NCBI GenBank assembly: GCA_020722725.1
Contig: DYKG01000007.1
Location: 1,181-65,180 of the forward strand
DNA length: 64,000 nucleotides
Direction: 5' to 3'
Origin: Candidatus Methylomirabilis sp.
GTDB taxonomy: Bacteria; Muiribacteriota; Ozemobacteria; Ozemobacterales; Ozemobacteraceae
Under the pieces are notes generated by a model. It had not been told where the DNA came from. It saw only the letters and a list, made by a program, of their open reading frames with translations, and did not search any database. Both the position numbers and the translations under genes were made by a program. Below are positions 30,401 to 40,398 of the stretch, piece by piece. Each line of letters opens with the position of its first letter. The stretch's first letter is position 1.

Positions 30401-33400
30401 AGTGGCAACCGGCACCAGTGGGGCATCTACCTTTTCTGATATCGATGCCGATAACCCGCACACCTGGTGGGTCAGGTCAAAACCCAATCTGGTAATCGAC
30501 CGGGTCGATTCGAGCTTTTCTTTCGTCAACAAAGGTCAGAACAATGTTCCGGTCGAATTAACGCTGACAAACACCGGCGAAACACCAATAATGCTTACCG
30601 GTGCATCGTTTGCCTACTCTCTTGGCTTTTACGATCAGGTTCTGTTGCCTCCCAACAACATCGGAATGATTATCAATGGCGGTGAAACCGTAATTGCAAC
30701 GGTCAGCGTCAACGTGCTGGCCAGCAGCTCTTCGGGGGATGAGATTCTCAACGCGGTTGCAACCGGTACCAGCACTTTCAGCGGCGCGGTTATTTCTGCC
30801 ACAACCGCAGTGATTCTCGATACCTGGAAAATTCAAAGCCCGGCCAGCCTTTCACTTGATGAAATTATCGCTTCAACTACGGTTTATCGTGGTCAGACCG
30901 GTATTCCGGTTTATCTGAATGTCACCAATACCGGTGAAGCTAAAGCCTTCTGGGATTCATCCACCCTCTCGTTCACTCTCGGAACTTACGACGCAGTAAA
31001 CCCGGTCAGCGTCATGCCTATTGAAATTTTTGGCGGCTTGACTTCGCAGGGCGATTATTCCGTCGATATATCACCATTGAGCGCAACCGGCACTTCTGGC
31101 ATAAATGCGGTAGTGAACGGCCGCGACGCAACCACCCTGGCAGGAATAGTGGCCAGCGGTGCGCTTTTCCCCGCCACCTGGACTATCCAGGCAGAGCGGG
31201 TCAATACCTACAAAGATGCCTCGTTTTTGTATCCCTCGACCAGCTTCAACCGCCCGTTTGGCGGTGATACGGTCAGTGTTTTCGCCAAAGGAACCAATCT
31301 TGCACCTTATAAAGAATACGTGGTCAGATGGTACGACGAAGGCGGCACCCAGCTTGCATACAGCAACCCGCCGATAACTGCCGACGCCAGCGGCACTTTG
31401 AGCCATGACTTTACCATTACCAGCGCCATGGCCTACGGCAACTATTCGGTTAAGATTACCAACCCGGTTAACACAATAACCATGTGTGTCAGTAATTTCG
31501 CGATCGTGAGCGGCGCTGACCCGATCATTACCGTAAAATTGCCTGACCGTGTAACGATTGGCCAGCTTTTTCCCGTTTATGTGACGGTGACTAACAATGG
31601 TGGTGCCGGAATCAGGAGCGCTGCACCCGGGGCCATGACCAAAGCGGGCACCGGTGATGCCAATCTTGTCTCGGGCCCGACACCGGCTCTACAAGATGTG
31701 GTTGGCTACGGAGTCGCAACCTTTACTTACCAATACATTGCGGTTACCGGCGGAACTTTTCAGCTTTCAACTCAGCTCAGCGGCTTTGATGCCAACTCCG
31801 ATGAGCCGGTTTCGACGGCGACCACCACCAGTTACGTTGAATTGCCGACCACTTTTTCAGAGATCAACACCGGCTTGAACGTTACTTATTATGATAACAG
31901 CAACTTTACCGGTTTGAGCGTTTCGCGCATCGACCCGGAAGTGAACCTGTATTGGCGAGAGTTTTCTCCTGATGCCGCCATTGGCCCAGATACCTTCAGT
32001 AGCCGCTGGACCGGATATCTGCTGCCGCAATACTCTGAAAACTATACTTTTTACACTGAATTTGATGATGGCGATCGAGTATGGGTCAATGGAACCCAGG
32101 TAATCAACAACTGGGTCGATGATGCGGCTGAGTTTACCTCACCGACGCCTCTTGCTCTGGATGCCGGTAAGCTGGTGCCCATTGTTGTTGAGCATTATGA
32201 AAATGGCGGTTATGCATCAGCGTGGTTGCGCTGGTCTTCGCCTTCGGTTGCCAAAGCCATTATTCCCGAAAACCGGCTGCGCCCAACCACCCCTGGTGAT
32301 GCAATTAGCAATGGTTTCTGGGGTGTTTATTACGATTATTATGATGGTACCAACTTTGGTAACCATGTTATTACCCGCATGGACCCCAGAATTTCGTTCA
32401 ACTGGAGTGGTGGCCGCCCACACCCGGACATTCAGGAAGACTACTTTTACGTTCAGTGGTTCGCCAAAATGGTGCCGCCAGAAACTGCCACATATACATT
32501 TTACAGCTATGCCGATGACGGCAACCGCCTGTTTATCAATGAGCAGCTGGTTTTCAGCGACTGGCCGCCCCATTACGCAAGATGGGCAAGTGGTCAGATT
32601 TATCTTGAGGCCGGCAAGAGTTATGATCTGATGTTCGAGTTCTACGAGCTTGGCGGTCACGCAATTGCCCAGCTCTGGTGGGAGACTCCGACGATCACCC
32701 CCCGCGTTATCGTTCCCGCCGATGTGGTTACGCCCCGTTCGCCCTATTGTATCATTGAAAGTGCTCCAAACGTGCAGATTACTACGGTGCAGACCGAGCC
32801 GACCATCGTTTATCGCAACCAGAAAGAAATCGTTCTTACCATTGAACTGCAGAATACGGGCGAGGCAGCTGCAGTAATAAGTTCAATAACCCCGACATTT
32901 ACTGTCGGTTCGTATGTCGTTACTCTCGAAGATCCGCAATTGCCATTCAAACTCAATGGCCGCGACGCACTTATGCCTTTTACCTTCTTTGTTGATGTCG
33001 ATATTGATTCTCCCACCGGGTTGTCGAATATTGCTGCGGCAGTTCAGTCTTATGATCTCAACATGCCCGCTTCGACCACTTCCATAACCGGAGGTGCCGA
33101 ATCATGGACAGTCGCTTCGGTTGGCTTTCTTATTGCCAATAACGTCAGCTATTCTCCTGAACAATACGGGTTTAACCGAGGTCAGAAAGTTTATGTAAGA
33201 GCATTTGGCATTACGCCCAGCAGCCAATGGTACCGAATACGTTTTTATAACACCGAAATTCCCGGCCAAGGAACCGCACCCGCAGGCTGGGTCAATGTTT
33301 CGCCGATGCTGGCAGCCAACGCCAGTGGAACCGTTGACTTTTTCTACGATATACCCACTGCCGGGGCAATTGGAAAATGGAGTGTTTCAATTGAAAGCGA

Positions 33401-36400
33401 CCCCGACCTGAATGGTAACACCACTTCGGCAATGCTGGCAGTCGGTTATTTTAAGGTTCAGGAATCGGCGCAGATGATTGCCACACTTACCCTTTCGCCG
33501 GATGTAGTTGCAATTAATGATGTGGTAACTGCCGAGCTTTTCGTTCACAACGTTGCGACTACATCTTCAGCAATCAGCATTGCAACGCCATCATCACTAA
33601 TTCCCACCACTTTGAGCGTCGGGTCTTTGACCTGGCTGACCGGCCCCGTGCCTGCTTCCAGCAGCATCGATCCAGGCAAATTTGCAACCTTCACCTGGAC
33701 TTACCTGGCTGTTTCTGACAGCGGCATTGGCAGCTTTTCGATGACTGCATCACTTTCGGCCTCGGTATTCGGGGTTGAGGAAAACACCGGGCTGGCAACC
33801 GAATCGAACAAGGCAGTTTCAAATTCAATTTTGATTCTTGAAGAAGCCCTGGATGTTACCGGCCTCAGCGCTGGCACGCTTGATCTTGGAACCGTTGGTC
33901 CAGGGGATAACAGCGGTGCAATTCCTTTCCAGATCGACAATATCGGTAATATGGCCCTTACCACCGTCAGATGGAATCCTTCGAATCTCAATGGGCCCTC
34001 TGTAATTCACAAGGTTAATCTTACTTTTGCTCCCGATCCGGTGGGGGTAATTGCCACCAGTGGTAACGTGGCGGTAAGCTGTGACCTGTTTGTTCCTTAT
34101 AATCAGGCTTCTGGCAGTTATATCGCCACGATGTCGGCTTATGAAGACAACAATAACAACCTGAACCGTGACCTTGATGAGCCTTACGATTTGTTTGCCG
34201 TAAAAGTTCTGGTGCCTGAACAGGCAAAAGTTGTGGTGGTAGAAGATATTGTTGATCTGGGGGACTGGTCGGAGGGAGCTACTACCGCCAGCTTTTCATT
34301 CAGCGCCTTCAACGGTGGCAATATTCCGATGACCAGATTGAAATTCAGAGCACTGACCGCGCCATATTATATCTATGTTACTCCATCTGATCCAGGCAAT
34401 CTGGCAGTGGCAGGGGTGGTAAATGCCCAGGTTTCAGCAGTTATTCCGGCAACCGAAACCCCGCAAATTTACATCGCCACCTGGACTCTGCTCAATGATT
34501 CCGTGGTGGAAAACGGTGTATGGGATGCGGGGGAAGCCAGCGATACCTTTCAGGTGCGTCTCGGCGTCGGCGGCAAGGCTTTGAGTTGTGCTCCCGCAAT
34601 CGTTGATTGTGGTGTTGGAACGCCGACTTATGTTATTTCCGATGTAAAAGTTACGGTTTATAATGATGGTTCTTTGCCGCTTGCCAACCTAAGGTCGAAC
34701 GTCTTTTCGCTCAGCGATGGAATGGGCAACATTATTGCCTCTGAAAATATTGGCTTAACGCCTCCTGGTGTAATACCAGTCACTGAACATGCCACTGCTA
34801 CCATCGAGCTTTATGTTCCCGCAGGTACAATGCAGGGAACTTTCCAGGGCATTCAGGCAATTTTCGAAGACAACAATGGCAACGGCACTTGGGAGCCCGG
34901 CGAGGCTTCGGGCACTTTTATTTTGAGTGTTGATGTGCCTGCATTCAAGGCTATCCAGGTATTGCAGGATATCGTCGATATCGGCGATGTCTCAGCCGGC
35001 ACCGGGAAAACCGTCAGCTTCCCGTGTCGAAACTCAGGCAATGTTACTCTGACCACTCTATACTGGGAAGAAACCAACCTGGTCAAAGGCGTAGACATTC
35101 TTGACAAGTATTACTATTACTTCCCGCCTTCTGCGCCATTTTCAGTAACGGCCGGCGAATTCTTTAACCGCCAGATAACCGTAGATGTCCCTGCCACAAT
35201 GCCGCAGGGTATCTATACAGGCTCTTCAAGCTGGTTGTTTGAAGATGAAGCGCTGCCCGCCGCTTCTCGTGATCCAGGTGAGCCTTCAGACTGGTTCAAT
35301 ATCAGCTGCAAAATCGGGGCAACTTCTCTTGATGTGGCTGAAGCGGCTCTAACCGTTACCGGCGACCCCAATAGCACTACTCCCGAAGATTCATTTCTAG
35401 TAACGAACACCGGTTCACTTACTTTGTCGAACCCTAAAGCAACGGCTACCGCATTGATTGGGCCGCAGACCCTGACCGCATCTTGCAGTCTTTTTACCCC
35501 CAACCCCATGTCTTACATTCTTGCCGGCCAGAGTACGGCCGGGGGCTGGTCGGTGGCTGTTCCGCCAAACACCACTGCCGGGGCTTACAATGGCACCATG
35601 TATCTCTGGAATGACACAGACCTTGATAATGTGCGTGACCAGTATGAAGCCAGCGATACGGTGTCTTTGACTCTCAACGTCAATTCTAAAAAGGTTCTTG
35701 AGGTGGTTCAATCAACTCTTGACCTTGGAACGGTGCCGCCGGGCGGTACTGCTTCCGGCACCATTGAAATCATCAACCGTGGGAACCTGCCCATTGATCT
35801 GCTTAGAGGGGTTTCAGGCCAGATCATTTATAATGCCAGCAGCATACCTGCGGCCAGCATAACCTTTGCACCGTCACCGATTGCAACCACTCTCGCGGTT
35901 GGTGCTTCTGCTCTTGCTTCAATTACCGTTTCGGTCGGCGACTTCCAGCCGGAAGGCACCTATTCTGGTGTTCAAATGGTTTATGACGATTATAATGCTG
36001 CCAATGGCGGTTATGATGCGCTCGAAGAAAGCGCAACCTTTACTCTGCAGCTTACCGTGGTTAAAAAGACTTTGACCGTAACCGATCCTGTCAGCTTTGG
36101 TAACTGCACCCCGGGAACCTGGTATAACACTGGTTTTACCGTAACCAACACCAGTGCAGTGCCGCTGAACCGTTTGAAATGGCTGCCTGTCAATATTGGC
36201 AACGGGGTTGCAACCATAACTACTTCGATGTTCGGGTTTACCCCGACTGCGCCGTTCATCATCAACGCCGGCACCCCGCAGGCTGCGGTAGCTTCGATGA
36301 CTATCGCTTCTGCGACTTTGCCTGGCTTTTATTCAGGCATTCAGACGGTCTGGGAAGACGAAAACAACGACGGCAGCATTCAGGCAAACGAAGCCTCGGC

Positions 36401-37325
36401 AACTTTCGAGCTTAATGTCACCATTCCCGATTACCCATGGCTCGATATCGTGCCTGCAACTGTGGTTATCGGCACTTACACCCCTGGTGAGACCACGCCG
36501 GTCGTCGATATTTCAGTCGAGAACATAGGCAACGTAACTTTGCCCAGCGCCGGTTTCGCCTGGACCTTGAGCAATCTGGTTTCTGGCGCGTTCCAGATTA
36601 ACAGCAGTCTCTTTACCATGACCCTTCCACTCGATATTCCGGTCGGGCAGTTCGGCACCGCATCGGTTCAGGTCGGCCCCATTGCTGCTGGTCAGGAAGC
36701 AGGCGTTTATATCGGAACTCAGCAGCTCAACAATGGAACTGCTCACGACAGCTGTGATTTCTGGCTCGAAATAATAAACAGCGGCCTGCCGGATTTCCAG
36801 ATTGCCTCGGGAAGCCTGTTTCAGAATATCGCTACCAGTGCTTTCTCAGCAGTTAGCCCCGATAACCGCTATTTCCTGTCAGGGTGGGTCTGCCCTGGAA
36901 CGGGTTCTGCCAACATTTCATTCGTTACCTATGACGAATTCGGCCAGTCGGTCGGGACCGTTACGGTAGGTATCGATTCCGCCGGCAATTTGTCTTCTTC
37001 AGGAGCACCCTATGCCATATCTAACAGTGGTATTCTTGAAAAGGTGCCTTTCAGTCCGGCAGTTGGCCAGGATTTCTTTTACTACCGTATTTTTGTTTCT
37101 TTCGATTACACTCATGATCCTTTGACTGCCAGCAATACCAGGCTGATTCTGAACAACAATAAGGTTGCGGCTGAAAAGGCAGCGGTGTGGTTCGACGGAA
37201 TCAAGCTTGAAAGAATTAGTGTGCCGAACCAGAAAGAGCCAACCAGTTATCACCCGGTCAGAACATTGTTCTCGCCAACTTTGAAAGATGCAATCGATGG
37301 AGGTGGAACTTATTCGGAATGGTAA
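27414..37325 (+). CDS. Giant (~3,300 aa) secreted surface/adhesin-like protein with an FN3 domain, two PA14 domains and about 20 Ig-like (ASH/PapD-like) repeats.
   Basis: Signal peptide MYRNYLKLIFSPVLVFIFLATQPLFA. FN3-like block (VSLSWSALAGQNVTLDHYNVYRSTTSGSGYT). Two PA14 blocks (GLNVTYYDNSNFTG...FYTEFDDGDRVWVNG; FWGVYYDYYDGTNFG...YADDGNRLFINE). Recurring about 100-aa modules carry the LDLGxVxxG...NxGNxPL/NTGE signature. Confidence 0.75.
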   Translation: MYRNYLKLIFSPVLVFIFLATQPLFALNQLRNPTFAGNANKWTRDNGVGTGNILSYFNYDSYGGGSFRGDLTIPNRRRYGILYQDFTSPAYPVNCYVRISHLDKWSGAAASILLRGSLRDTTVGAYPNQGLVISFLNDTALDNPSWESTGWSSSATLKASTAYRVQIFWTCKTGTGSQAGAYIDNVYCVVSPGNLTANPSGSGVSLSWSALAGQNVTLDHYNVYRSTTSGSGYTLIGTSAAGTTTFYDSAPPVAEVVYYAVSDVDTLGNESPTSPEALYFPFFVKDGLHADIDETWLKDRIEANWVNPKTTLLKYRGCAGTTAGGSDLVGWQDLGLANHLVFTGLSLASGTTYYVTVQAVDQYGATQQQSISDGVTVREHRILTDTASGTYFNNARVVDLINLTTDPQSFRPDTFSSPGLWRYRRKITVTEPGIIDRINAPCYVDFTVPSGQMANVNEIRVADSKGNEVPRYNLPGSTTTAPKISILVNLRQGETADYWVYWGNNGVGDPAGNYGWLLSTNQTADKAWTPYYTRRYLPAGLETVPLNYAYSWLEDSAPPDYPENNLNESWAEEFEYKNGTAAGGYNSAWRDDARSNLINLFGGNFYFYGTNNRQWRVWSNGLLYGSIGGAETVDANDWRYCGWAAGEFDDNLRFLSGIICPFWADLKYDKPGFPDNPGVYRDALTSPTREVFTWRCNIWLPSGEEDDIYIFQTVLYRTGDIAHRYEFLSPRATTGGASSNPIVNIHNTAGISANDNSAPRRFLQNTPLAIGIGQTPTSFFQSMDAFRGFVTVGPIEGAGTGMVAVSEIQSMVFDSTTATPYWEELQYDCSAAASAEIGFFVRTGPTALPDLGGWSNWIHVATATANGHAAITAPNQRYIQHRCLFMRNSAAGAMPVVSEIRFICRGFSIDTVVADTPNGVSQGQSGIPVQVTYKSLHNADINITSTDLSIDLGSYTVTLDSPLPLPFTLPVGGTVVATFLVDVWPDSPTGTATVHAVATGTSGASTFSDIDADNPHTWWVRSKPNLVIDRVDSSFSFVNKGQNNVPVELTLTNTGETPIMLTGASFAYSLGFYDQVLLPPNNIGMIINGGETVIATVSVNVLASSSSGDEILNAVATGTSTFSGAVISATTAVILDTWKIQSPASLSLDEIIASTTVYRGQTGIPVYLNVTNTGEAKAFWDSSTLSFTLGTYDAVNPVSVMPIEIFGGLTSQGDYSVDISPLSATGTSGINAVVNGRDATTLAGIVASGALFPATWTIQAERVNTYKDASFLYPSTSFNRPFGGDTVSVFAKGTNLAPYKEYVVRWYDEGGTQLAYSNPPITADASGTLSHDFTITSAMAYGNYSVKITNPVNTITMCVSNFAIVSGADPIITVKLPDRVTIGQLFPVYVTVTNNGGAGIRSAAPGAMTKAGTGDANLVSGPTPALQDVVGYGVATFTYQYIAVTGGTFQLSTQLSGFDANSDEPVSTATTTSYVELPTTFSEINTGLNVTYYDNSNFTGLSVSRIDPEVNLYWREFSPDAAIGPDTFSSRWTGYLLPQYSENYTFYTEFDDGDRVWVNGTQVINNWVDDAAEFTSPTPLALDAGKLVPIVVEHYENGGYASAWLRWSSPSVAKAIIPENRLRPTTPGDAISNGFWGVYYDYYDGTNFGNHVITRMDPRISFNWSGGRPHPDIQEDYFYVQWFAKMVPPETATYTFYSYADDGNRLFINEQLVFSDWPPHYARWASGQIYLEAGKSYDLMFEFYELGGHAIAQLWWETPTITPRVIVPADVVTPRSPYCIIESAPNVQITTVQTEPTIVYRNQKEIVLTIELQNTGEAAAVISSITPTFTVGSYVVTLEDPQLPFKLNGRDALMPFTFFVDVDIDSPTGLSNIAAAVQSYDLNMPASTTSITGGAESWTVASVGFLIANNVSYSPEQYGFNRGQKVYVRAFGITPSSQWYRIRFYNTEIPGQGTAPAGWVNVSPMLAANASGTVDFFYDIPTAGAIGKWSVSIESDPDLNGNTTSAMLAVGYFKVQESAQMIATLTLSPDVVAINDVVTAELFVHNVATTSSAISIATPSSLIPTTLSVGSLTWLTGPVPASSSIDPGKFATFTWTYLAVSDSGIGSFSMTASLSASVFGVEENTGLATESNKAVSNSILILEEALDVTGLSAGTLDLGTVGPGDNSGAIPFQIDNIGNMALTTVRWNPSNLNGPSVIHKVNLTFAPDPVGVIATSGNVAVSCDLFVPYNQASGSYIATMSAYEDNNNNLNRDLDEPYDLFAVKVLVPEQAKVVVVEDIVDLGDWSEGATTASFSFSAFNGGNIPMTRLKFRALTAPYYIYVTPSDPGNLAVAGVVNAQVSAVIPATETPQIYIATWTLLNDSVVENGVWDAGEASDTFQVRLGVGGKALSCAPAIVDCGVGTPTYVISDVKVTVYNDGSLPLANLRSNVFSLSDGMGNIIASENIGLTPPGVIPVTEHATATIELYVPAGTMQGTFQGIQAIFEDNNGNGTWEPGEASGTFILSVDVPAFKAIQVLQDIVDIGDVSAGTGKTVSFPCRNSGNVTLTTLYWEETNLVKGVDILDKYYYYFPPSAPFSVTAGEFFNRQITVDVPATMPQGIYTGSSSWLFEDEALPAASRDPGEPSDWFNISCKIGATSLDVAEAALTVTGDPNSTTPEDSFLVTNTGSLTLSNPKATATALIGPQTLTASCSLFTPNPMSYILAGQSTAGGWSVAVPPNTTAGAYNGTMYLWNDTDLDNVRDQYEASDTVSLTLNVNSKKVLEVVQSTLDLGTVPPGGTASGTIEIINRGNLPIDLLRGVSGQIIYNASSIPAASITFAPSPIATTLAVGASALASITVSVGDFQPEGTYSGVQMVYDDYNAANGGYDALEESATFTLQLTVVKKTLTVTDPVSFGNCTPGTWYNTGFTVTNTSAVPLNRLKWLPVNIGNGVATITTSMFGFTPTAPFIINAGTPQAAVASMTIASATLPGFYSGIQTVWEDENNDGSIQANEASATFELNVTIPDYPWLDIVPATVVIGTYTPGETTPVVDISVENIGNVTLPSAGFAWTLSNLVSGAFQINSSLFTMTLPLDIPVGQFGTASVQVGPIAAGQEAGVYIGTQQLNNGTAHDSCDFWLEIINSGLPDFQIASGSLFQNIATSAFSAVSPDNRYFLSGWVCPGTGSANISFVTYDEFGQSVGTVTVGIDSAGNLSSSGAPYAISNSGILEKVPFSPAVGQDFFYYRIFVSFDYTHDPLTASNTRLILNNNKVAAEKAAVWFDGIKLERISVPNQKEPTSYHPVRTLFSPTLKDAIDGGGTYSEW

Positions 37326-39517
37326 GATTGTTTGAAATGACCATTTAAAATTATCAGGCTGCCAAGGTTTATCGACAGAATTGCGGTAAGCATAATGAAG
37401 CAGCCCTGCATGCCTAAAGTCGGCAATAGCCATAATCCGCTGCCAAGCCCGGCCAGAAGAGCGCCTGCATTGTCAGAAAAAAGAAGAATTCCTGCAGAAA
37501 ACGCGGGATTGGTGCCGGATTTTCTGATGATCTGATCGGCAACCGGAAACTCGATGCCATCGAGAAAAGCAATGGCAAAAATTGCTGCCGCAATTCCGGT
37601 GGCACCATGTAACCTGGTTGAATCAAGAATCATTATGCCGCTTACCGTAAAGATTATCTGCAAAAATTTTACCAGTCTCAGGCGCTGAAAAGATGGTAAT
37701 TTCTCTGTCCTGCTGCCGAAAATCCAGGCTCCTCCGGCCAATCCCAGCATATATATTCCGAAAAAGAATGCGGTCATCTGATAGGCGGCCCCATGACTGT
37801 TTTGGTAGAGCATTATCAGAATTATTTCACACAGAAGACCAGTTGCTCCGCTTGCGGCAACTCCGGCTGCTATTGCGGTTTTTAGTGACACCGATGCCGG
37901 TAATAACCGAAGAATCAGAAGAAAGACGGCAGAAATTACCAGAATAATGGCTATGAGACGATCGAGTCCGGTTTTTTGAAGCCAGGACAGAATCTGATTG
38001 GAATCGCCACTGTAAACATTCCACAGTTCAAGCTGCTGGGTAAAGCTTTCCGGGTGGATGTCAGTATTTATGCGGGCTTTGACCGGGCGATTCAACCACT
38101 GGTCGAGTTCCTTAACTCTGAATGGCTGCAGCAGGTTAAAAAAGCTTGCCGGTAAAAAGGTTGTGGCTTCAATTTTTCTTTCCTTGAAACGACTCATATA
38201 GGCTTTTATATCAGTAGGAATAATTCCAGCCTTCTGGCAGGCAAAAAAGGTGATGGTGCCTCCAGGAATAGCTCCACGGAAAGAAAAAACCTTACCAAGA
38301 GCCTGCCAGGTCGAAAGAATGATCTGCTCTTTTATGCCGCCAAGATAGTTTTCTGTTCCCGACACCTGCAGGCTTAAAACTCCTGATGGATTCAAGCAGC
38401 GTTTCATCGATCGCATCGCTTCGATGGTAAAAAGGCGGTTTCCCGCCAGAGTTACCGGTGAAACCGGAAAAATCATGATTCCATCATACTTTTCGTCGGT
38501 CGAATTTAAAAAGCGACGGGGATCATCGATAATGAATTTTACCTGAGATTTTTGCCCGGCAGAGTAGTCGTAAAGTTTTATGATCTCAGGATCCAGTTCT
38601 ATTACCGACAACCTGATTTCAGGATATTTTAAAAATTCATTTAAAATGTCTGATGGCGGGGCCCCAACGATAAGAACCTGTTTAAAATTTTCAAGGGCTG
38701 TCATAAAACTGTGGACAGTTTGTTCTGAACTGGTTAAAAAGGGCCATGAAACTGAAAACATGCCGTTTGAAAAAAGACTCTTCTGCTCAAAGTAGTTGCA
38801 GAGTTGAAGTTTCTGGTATGGTGTTTCTATCGTCTGCAATAATGTCTGGCCTGGGTTCGACACTCTCCAGTACCGAATTTCAACTTCTTCGACCAGCGTG
38901 GGACCATAAAATGACGCCGCAGGGGCAATTAATATAATAATTAAAGCCTTGATTCGGCATGGAGAGAGCAGGAGCAGCATGCTGAGCATGGCTATCGGCA
39001 AGGTTGCCAGACAAAGAATCGGGCTCGCAGTGCCACCCAGAACGAATGAAAAGAAAATTCCACCGATAAAGCTGCCAATGGCTTCATAACTATAGTAAAG
39101 ACCCAGACTCTTTCTGGCTCGGTCAAGAATTGTCGGAAGCAACATGCCAATTGTGAAAGAAACCGGAAAAACGGCGGCAATCATAAATGAAGCTACTGGC
39201 AAGAATGGCAGAAAACCGCCTTTTGGATCGGGCAAAAGTTGATACCCTTGAAAAATTGTAAAGATTGCAATTGTCGACGCTCCAAGCAAAGAAAAAATCA
39301 GTTTGCGTATTCCGGGAACAATTCGGCCTGCCACTAATCCGCCAGAAGAAATGCCGGCCAGCCATATTGCCAGGAAAATTCCAAGATGCATCTCAGTGCC
39401 GTAAAACTGACCGATGAAAAAACGAAACAGGCTGACTTGGGCGAGATTGGCAGAAAAACCGGTTATTGCCGCAACTACCGGATAAAGGTATGGCGCAGAA
39501 GGTCTTGTTTTGTGCAT
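37310..39517 (-). CDS. Polytopic membrane protein carrying a spermidine-synthase-like (PABS, class I MTase-fold) domain, PRK03612-like architecture.
   Basis: About 6 TM helices, then VLIVGAPPSDILNEF...VIELDPEII...IIDDPRRFL...YDGIMIF (PABS motifs), then ~6 more TM helices. The probable start ATG at 39517..39515 overlaps the upstream PilX-like gene stop as TGATG. The 3' end overlaps the giant gene convergently by 16 bp. Confidence 0.6.
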   Translation of the reverse strand: MHKTRPSAPYLYPVVAAITGFSANLAQVSLFRFFIGQFYGTEMHLGIFLAIWLAGISSGGLVAGRIVPGIRKLIFSLLGASTIAIFTIFQGYQLLPDPKGGFLPFLPVASFMIAAVFPVSFTIGMLLPTILDRARKSLGLYYSYEAIGSFIGGIFFSFVLGGTASPILCLATLPIAMLSMLLLLSPCRIKALIIILIAPAASFYGPTLVEEVEIRYWRVSNPGQTLLQTIETPYQKLQLCNYFEQKSLFSNGMFSVSWPFLTSSEQTVHSFMTALENFKQVLIVGAPPSDILNEFLKYPEIRLSVIELDPEIIKLYDYSAGQKSQVKFIIDDPRRFLNSTDEKYDGIMIFPVSPVTLAGNRLFTIEAMRSMKRCLNPSGVLSLQVSGTENYLGGIKEQIILSTWQALGKVFSFRGAIPGGTITFFACQKAGIIPTDIKAYMSRFKERKIEATTFLPASFFNLLQPFRVKELDQWLNRPVKARINTDIHPESFTQQLELWNVYSGDSNQILSWLQKTGLDRLIAIILVISAVFLLILRLLPASVSLKTAIAAGVAASGATGLLCEIILIMLYQNSHGAAYQMTAFFFGIYMLGLAGGAWIFGSRTEKLPSFQRLRLVKFLQIIFTVSGIMILDSTRLHGATGIAAAIFAIAFLDGIEFPVADQIIRKSGTNPAFSAGILLFSDNAGALLAGLGSGLWLLPTLGMQGCFIMLTAILSINLGSLIILNGHFKQSYHSE

Positions 39518-40398
39518 CAGTTTAGTAGATGCTGCCCGGTGCGAGTGATTTTTTTTACCTGATTGATCGTTTTGCTGCCAGGTTGTTCCTGAAAATCTAT
39601 TACATTCCCTTCGCACTCAATTTCGATTGCTTCTTCATTGTAACGCCGCAGGCCTTTTATTGCCCTGATGTCGATTGATTTGACCCGATAATTCATGGTG
39701 TAAGGGTACCCTTCGTCGTTGATACTCCAGGAGCTTTCGGTTTCAAGCCCCTTGGCCTTTTCGGTCTTAAGTGCCGGTTGCAGTATTTTGCCGTCAACCA
39801 GATCATTGCTGCAGTCACGGATGAAATACGAAACGAATTTTCCCGGATTTTGGGCGGCGTTTGCACTGTTATCAGGTGAAATGTATTTTTCGGGAAATCC
39901 TGATGGGGCAAGATTTGGGGCGAGATATCGGTAATTGGCATTGTAAAAGCTCGCCATTCTGATCAGAGCTTCCGGCTCACCGTTCTTTTCTTTGATTGGC
40001 AGATAAAAATAGCGAATTCTTCCTGAACTGTCGGTTTCCTGGGGAATAACCCGGCTGTAAATACCTGAATAGGTTGGAATCTGCTCGAATGCAGGTTTGT
40101 TGTCGTCGGTTCTGAATGGGAATTCGGTAAAATCCATGTAAGGGTTTTTGCCCTGCTTGAATTCGACCGCATCATATAATTCGGTGGGAAAAAGCCTGGC
40201 TTTGAGAAGAAAATGCTGCATTGCCGCTCTTGCAGCAAAGTAAGCCTGCTGGTCGCGCAGCGAAAGCTTGTTTCTGCCTGCAACGCTGCGATGCTGGAAA
40301 AACATTGAAGCAAATAGAATCATTAACGCAAACGAAAAGAAAATAACGATGACAATTGCCATTCCTCTATTGTTTGTTTTAAATAAAATTTTAAACAT
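39517..40398 (-). CDS. PilX-like minor pilin (paralog of 54785..55246).
   Basis: N-terminal NNRGMAIVIVIFFSFALMILF hydrophobic segment, followed by RDQQAYFAARAAMQHF resembling the PilX_N motif (RDRQxAFqAAEAAL). Confidence 0.45.
   Translation of the reverse strand: MFKILFKTNNRGMAIVIVIFFSFALMILFASMFFQHRSVAGRNKLSLRDQQAYFAARAAMQHFLLKARLFPTELYDAVEFKQGKNPYMDFTEFPFRTDDNKPAFEQIPTYSGIYSRVIPQETDSSGRIRYFYLPIKEKNGEPEALIRMASFYNANYRYLAPNLAPSGFPEKYISPDNSANAAQNPGKFVSYFIRDCSNDLVDGKILQPALKTEKAKGLETESSWSINDEGYPYTMNYRVKSIDIRAIKGLRRYNEEAIEIECEGNVIDFQEQPGSKTINQVKKITRTGQHLLN

Noticed and set aside
32460-32560. A YADD tetrapeptide inside the giant ORF (FYSYADDGNRLF) that could suggest a reverse transcriptase/DGR.
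   Set aside because: The context is the conserved PA14-domain core, not RT motifs A to E. No RT ORF or template/variable repeat pair was found in the window.
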